From: Armatimonadota bacterium
GTDB taxonomy: Bacteria; Armatimonadota; Fimbriimonadia; Fimbriimonadales; Fimbriimonadaceae
Direction of reading: 5' to 3'
Length of the DNA: 64,000 nt
NCBI GenBank assembly: GCA_027451905.1
Contig: DAIDHV010000008.1
Span: 1-64,000 of the forward strand
In this document: piece after piece, positions 59,579-64,000 of the stretch
How the letters are laid out: each line of letters begins with the position of its first letter
Position numbering within the stretch: the stretch's first letter is position 1
The notes under the pieces: generated by a model
What the model was told of the DNA's origin: nothing
The model's database searches: none
The model's input: only the letters and a program-made list of their open reading frames with translations
Program-made: the position numbers and the translations under genes

Positions 59579-61170
59579 ACGATGCTCCCTTCTAGGTCTG
59601 CGACTATTGCATCTATCTGCGCTCTGAGTTCCGATTGCCGAGCTACGATTTCGGCGATCTTCGCATTCAACTCAGTGATGTCGATTGCTTCGGTTGTGTC
59701 TTCCTTTTCCACATAGGAAGACACCGAGCAATTGTAATTGTTCTCCGCCAATTCGCTGTGCGCAACCAGCCGCGTAAAATGGGCTTCATCTCTGCGATTT
59801 GTGAAGGCATCTAGAATCTTCTGCTGGTGCGCAGGCACCAGCTTGTTCTTGTTGCCGACGCGAGTGAAAAGTGCCGAAGCATCAATAAACAGGACGGCGT
59901 TGTCCTTCTTCGACTTCTTCAGCACGATGACGCAAGTGGCGATGGTCGTTCCGAAGAATAGGTCGGGCGGAAGCTGGATCACCGTGTCGATGTAGTTGTT
60001 GTCAACGAGATATTTCCGAATCTTCTGCTCGGCTCCGCCCCTATAGAGGACGCCAGGAAACTCAACGATGGCTGCCGTGCCGTTCACTGCAAGCCAACTC
60101 AACATATGCATGGTGAAGGCAAGGTCGGCGGCGGATTTCGGGGCGAGCACGCCAGCGGGAGCGAAGCGCGGGTCATTGATGAGAAGGGGGTTCGCGTCTC
60201 CCTCCCACTTGATCGAGTAGGGCGGATTAGAGACGATGGCTTCAAATGGCTCGTCGTCCCAATGTTTCGGATCAGTGAGTGTGTCCCCGTGCGCGATGTC
60301 GAACTTCTCATAGTTCACGTCGTGCAGAAACATGTTGATGCGGGCGAGGTTGTAGGTCGTCAGATTGACCTCCTGGCCAAAAAATCCTTGCCGGACATTC
60401 TCCTTGCCGAGCACCTTGGCGAACTTTAGAAGCAGCGACCCTGAACCGCAAGCTGGGTCGTAGACCTTGTTGACTTGGGTCTTTCCAGCTACCGCGATTC
60501 GCGCAAGAACTTCCGATACCTCTTGCGGCGTGTAATATTCTCCTCCTGACTTTCCCGCTTGCGAAGCGTACATTTGCATCAGATACTCGTACGCGTCGCC
60601 AAAGAGGTCGATTGAGTTGTCTTCGTAATTGCCGAGCGGCAGGTCGCCGATGGCCTCGAGGAGTTTCACAAGCTTCTCGTTTCGCTTAGCAACAGTCGGA
60701 CCCAGCTTCTGCGAGTTAACGTCAAGATCGTCGAAGAGCCCTTTGAGATCGCCTTCGCTCTCTGTGCCCACAGCTGAGCCTTCGATATTGCTGAAAACGC
60801 GCTCCAGCGTTTCGTTGAGATTTTCGTCGTTCTTCGCTTTCTTGCGGACGTTATCGAATAGCTCGGACGGAAGGATGTAGAAGCCCTTTTCGGCGACGGT
60901 TTCCGCTCGCCCGAACTCGGCATCTTTATTCGAGAGCTTTGCGTAGTCGAAGCTCTTCTCCCCCGCCTCCCGTTCAAGCTTGTTGATGTAGGATGTAAGG
61001 TTTTCTGATATGAAGCGGTAGAAGAGCATGCCAAGAACGTAGGATTTGAAATCCCATCCATCCACGGAGCCCCTCAGATCGTTGGCAATCCGCCAGATTG
61101 TTTTGTGCAGCTCTGAGCGCTGTGATTCACTCGTAGAGGCCGTCATCACAAATCCCTTTCTGCCCTGCAC
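59575..61170 (-). CDS. hsdM: Type I R-M DNA methyltransferase subunit
   Basis: N6-adenine MTase motifs: SNPPYS (motif IV) and DPACGSGSLL (motif I). Confidence 0.92.
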   Translation of the reverse strand: MQGRKGFVMTASTSESQRSELHKTIWRIANDLRGSVDGWDFKSYVLGMLFYRFISENLTSYINKLEREAGEKSFDYAKLSNKDAEFGRAETVAEKGFYILPSELFDNVRKKAKNDENLNETLERVFSNIEGSAVGTESEGDLKGLFDDLDVNSQKLGPTVAKRNEKLVKLLEAIGDLPLGNYEDNSIDLFGDAYEYLMQMYASQAGKSGGEYYTPQEVSEVLARIAVAGKTQVNKVYDPACGSGSLLLKFAKVLGKENVRQGFFGQEVNLTTYNLARINMFLHDVNYEKFDIAHGDTLTDPKHWDDEPFEAIVSNPPYSIKWEGDANPLLINDPRFAPAGVLAPKSAADLAFTMHMLSWLAVNGTAAIVEFPGVLYRGGAEQKIRKYLVDNNYIDTVIQLPPDLFFGTTIATCVIVLKKSKKDNAVLFIDASALFTRVGNKNKLVPAHQQKILDAFTNRRDEAHFTRLVAHSELAENNYNCSVSSYVEKEDTTEAIDITELNAKIAEIVARQSELRAQIDAIVADLEGSIV

Positions 61171-61645
61171 CGTCCTAGAAAGGGCGACGGCGATTTACTC
61201 GGGATTTTATGTTCTGGCAGGCTACAATTCATGGCTGATTTTCAGTTTACTTTCCCGATTTATCCTAGCCCTTTTTGCCAAACCAATGCCTGGTCGCAAT
61301 TTTCTCACTAATGTATGTACTGACCTTCGGCCATTGCTCGCTACCTTGGATGCTGGGCATGTTTGCTTTATCGATTGCAGAACATACAGTCCCGATTACG
61401 GGGTTAAGAGGGTGTTGAAGAACTTAAAGCCGAATTCTCGTCCGGAAGTTTAAACCACCCCGTCGCCTTCGTCGACTCCCCTCCCTGTGGAGGGGAATCC
61501 GCCGCTCCACGGAAGGAGTTTCGCTCCGCAAGAAGGAAGACCCGTTCACACAGCTAGTGAACTTCAACACCCAGCTACAAGGCGGTCACAACGCTCTTCA
61601 CCGTCGCTATTTTAACCCCCCAGACTTGTATGGGCAACTAGCGCG

Positions 61646-62437
61646 CTAGGAGGTGGTTACAAGCATCTTCACGGTTGCGATGGCGTTTCCTACCGGAATC
61701 TTGAGGCTGATGACCCACTTGCCCGCCATTGCCAAATCCACATCAACAGAATATTGACCATTACCCAGACTTTTGACCGCGGGATGAGCCGTGCCCATAT
61801 CCATCGACTGCATCTCCACCGTGGATTCAATGTGAGCATCAGACACAGGCTTGCCATTGGCATCAGTGACCTTAAACCGACACGTGTTTTTGCCGACCCT
61901 GAACTTCCCGGTTGTCATCATGACCTTGAGAGTTGTTTTGGTGGGACTTTCCGAGTCACCACTCGAAGAACTCTTTTGTTGGGACTGATCCGCGCCAGAA
62001 CCAGAGGCAGAACCCATCGAGCCGGACGTCCCAGTGCCAGACGTCATGGAGCCAGAACCCATTCCCGTCGAAGCCGATCCCTCACTCACCACAGCTCCTT
62101 CCTTGGCAAATGTGGAACTGTCGAACTTCATCACCATCGGTTCCATTTTCATGGATTCCATGCCGGAACCAGACACCATCATTTGGTTCATCATCGCTAC
62201 CATACCCGCGTATGTTCCAAATCCAACCGCTTGCTTCCAATCCACATTCGGCTGAACTTTGATAACCTTGGTTGGCTTTAAAATCTTCAAACCCAAGTTG
62301 GCATCCGAACCCATCATGTGGTGAGAATATGAATTCATTTGCATCTTCCCTTGTTGACCGGCTAGCACCGAGTTTACACAAGTGCCAAGCCCTGCGCCGA
62401 TTGCTAAAGTTACAATAATTTTGCTTTTTAGTTTCAT
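61646..62437 (-). CDS. Secreted Met-rich protein with C-terminal YtkA-like domain (putative periplasmic Cu(I)-binding protein)
   Basis: Signal peptide; MxxM-rich segment; C-terminal ...VEMQSMDMGTAHP...GQYSVDVDLAMAGKWVISL typical of YtkA-like domains. Confidence 0.55.
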   Translation of the reverse strand: MKLKSKIIVTLAIGAGLGTCVNSVLAGQQGKMQMNSYSHHMMGSDANLGLKILKPTKVIKVQPNVDWKQAVGFGTYAGMVAMMNQMMVSGSGMESMKMEPMVMKFDSSTFAKEGAVVSEGSASTGMGSGSMTSGTGTSGSMGSASGSGADQSQQKSSSSGDSESPTKTTLKVMMTTGKFRVGKNTCRFKVTDANGKPVSDAHIESTVEMQSMDMGTAHPAVKSLGNGQYSVDVDLAMAGKWVISLKIPVGNAIATVKMLVTTS

Positions 62438-62450
62438 GTTGAGTTCCTTT

Positions 62451-63665
62451 TTAGTTGGGCAAGTAGTGGTAAAGAATGTTCATTGGCGATCTTCGGGGAC
62501 CAATGCTTTGGTGGATCGTGGAATCAAAGTTGAAAGACAATCCAAGCTGCAGCACAGTAGAATCTTTAGCACCATAAAGGGCGGCAAGGGCCCCGTTACG
62601 GTGGAACCAGCCAATTTGGCCGATGGCATCAAACCCGGGCCCAAGTCTTTTGGCAGCCGTAAAGGCAAGGGCAAATTCATTGGCGCCAGATATCTTTTGG
62701 AACGATTTGTATCCCGCGGTGAGGGCCAAAGTATAACTTGGCTTTCCAAACGGACTGTTGAGATACCTTATCGAAGCGGCAATGGCATTTGCATCGGCTC
62801 GATAAGAGTCATTAAACGATGAGATGGAATTGGTTGAGTTGCCAAATGTATAGGCATCAAAAACCCTGAAATCCAGCCGGTTTGTGATGCTTCTTCTCAG
62901 GTTCACCTCCCCTCCACCATAGATGGCATCTGACCCTCCTCCGAAGGCGTTGGGGATCGATCGATGCTCATAACCGATCCCATAGCTCACCAAAGTGGGT
63001 AAAGATTCCAACCCTGGCACCGGAGCGTACTGGTACGAGGCTCCAAAACTGTTCAAATCAGTCCCCGTTCCAAGCCCCGCACTATCAATAAGGTGCTGAA
63101 CATGGAAGTTCTCAAAGGTTCGCAGTCCCTGGTTCAGAACCACCGCGGCAACGTTAGAGGTCCTATTTTCTTCGATGTTTTGGCCATTGCTAAACGGGTC
63201 TGGAACCATCGTAAAATCAACCAAATCATCGCCTCTTAGGGTTGGAAACTGAACCAGTTGCCCAGTTGGAGAATCGGTGCGACCAAGGTACACCTCCGAC
63301 GCTTTGTTCTGAAAATCCAAAAACATTTGGTTGGTAAATAGCCCCGATCCCGCCCCAACATTGGTAAAGTCATAGCTTTGCACCCCAGCCACAAAGCTAC
63401 CGATTCCTCCTCGGAAAAGCCGTTCAGAAAAACCGGCGGCAAGGGCAGAATCGGATAGGTTGATGGAGCCGTTGGTGGCAAACCCCGAGGTCCCAAATCC
63501 GCTTTGGTTGGCAAAATCTAGGGTCGCAATCCCACTGCCTAAAATATCAATTTGAGGTTGCACTCCGGGGTTTTCCGGAATAGGAGACTGCTGGGCTTGC
63601 CCAAAGGCAAATCCAGCTGATGTTGCCATGGCAATCAAAACAAGGGCGGTTAATCTATTTTTCAT
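62451..63665 (-). CDS. Secreted protein with signal peptide, possibly an outer-membrane beta-barrel
   Basis: Signal peptide ending AFG-QA; Gly/Ser/Asn/Phe-rich amphipathic strands. Confidence 0.4.
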   Translation of the reverse strand: MKNRLTALVLIAMATSAGFAFGQAQQSPIPENPGVQPQIDILGSGIATLDFANQSGFGTSGFATNGSINLSDSALAAGFSERLFRGGIGSFVAGVQSYDFTNVGAGSGLFTNQMFLDFQNKASEVYLGRTDSPTGQLVQFPTLRGDDLVDFTMVPDPFSNGQNIEENRTSNVAAVVLNQGLRTFENFHVQHLIDSAGLGTGTDLNSFGASYQYAPVPGLESLPTLVSYGIGYEHRSIPNAFGGGSDAIYGGGEVNLRRSITNRLDFRVFDAYTFGNSTNSISSFNDSYRADANAIAASIRYLNSPFGKPSYTLALTAGYKSFQKISGANEFALAFTAAKRLGPGFDAIGQIGWFHRNGALAALYGAKDSTVLQLGLSFNFDSTIHQSIGPRRSPMNILYHYLPN

Positions 63666-63689
63666 TTTATTTATTCAAGTTTGGTAAGG

Positions 63690-63980
63690 TTAAGAACTCA
63701 GGGCGATCGTCTCATTGAAGTGGTAGCCGTACTTCGCGGCGTCCTCGTACATCAGCATTGTCATCATGCCACCCGGTGTTTGACCATTGTTCGTGGTAGC
63801 AAGATCGCTGTGATCATGAAAATGCCAATTGCCAGGATTTGTTCCCTGGATAATGATGTCACTGGTAGAGCCAGGGTTGATGGCAAGAGTATTGAGCCGC
63901 ACCGGAGCCTGCAACGGAGCGCCATCTTGGCATACATGCCAAAAGTCGTGACCGTGAAGGTGCATAAAATGAGGCATCAT
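63690..63980 (-). CDS. Small cupredoxin-like protein resembling a multicopper-oxidase C-terminal domain, with Cys replaced by Asp (HDH). May extend past the window end.
   Basis: HLHGHDFW and WHFHDH...GGMM align to MCO HLHGH / HCH...M motifs. AGGAGG RBS before ATGATG at 63980. Confidence 0.45.
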   Translation of the reverse strand: MMPHFMHLHGHDFWHVCQDGAPLQAPVRLNTLAINPGSTSDIIIQGTNPGNWHFHDHSDLATTNNGQTPGGMMTMLMYEDAAKYGYHFNETIALSS

Positions 63981-64000
63981 GCCTCCTCCTATCAACCGGA

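Noticed and set aside
61171-61645. GC-rich hairpins (e.g. CCCCTCC-CTGT-GGAGGGG) between hsdM and the copper-cluster gene, considered as a small RNA
   Set aside because: There are no recognisable promoter or terminator boundaries and no family resemblance. This cannot be supported from sequence alone.

Overview
This window looks like a chromosomal segment (about 50% GC) from a diderm (outer-membrane-bearing) bacterium, judged by lgt, heptose/LPS-core genes and a putative outer-membrane beta-barrel. It mixes housekeeping and accessory DNA. From 1 to ~7.4 kb there is a minus-strand Rhs/YD-repeat polymorphic-toxin locus: a secreted protein, a membrane-anchored C39-like peptidase-domain protein, a 1374-aa signal-peptide Rhs toxin with its own C-terminal tip, a possible small membrane immunity ORF, and a degenerate orphan rhs fragment. 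From 7.5 to 42 kb lie sugar-nucleotide/LPS-core genes, lgt, argB, a class-III aminotransferase, tyrS, an HD-GYP phosphodiesterase, acnA, a complete classical menaquinone operon (menF-D-H-B-C-E plus a convergent thioesterase), coaD, a sugar ABC importer with a fused substrate-binding/permease protein, PAP2 phosphatases, speE, a serpin, a GT9 heptosyltransferase and a DegT aminotransferase. From 42 to 47.7 kb there is a prophage-derived module (terminase, CHAP endolysin and holin/spanin-like lysis cassette, ECF sigma, divergent CI/S24-type repressor) with no structural genes. From 47.7 to 61.2 kb there is a defence-island-like stretch. It holds a GH29 fucosidase, a GxxExxY (PD-(D/E)xK) gene embedded in ~115-bp tandem repeats, a DUF885 protein, a DUF4065/Panacea-like small protein translationally coupled to a SAMHD1/dGTPase-like HD hydrolase (candidate toxin-antitoxin/abortive-infection pair), and a Type I R-M operon (hsdM, hsdS split into two half-genes, an embedded DUF91/DUF5655-like gene, hsdR). 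The window ends with a copper-related cluster (Met-rich YtkA-like protein, outer-membrane protein, truncated multicopper-oxidase-like domain). No rRNA, tRNA or CRISPR array was recognised.
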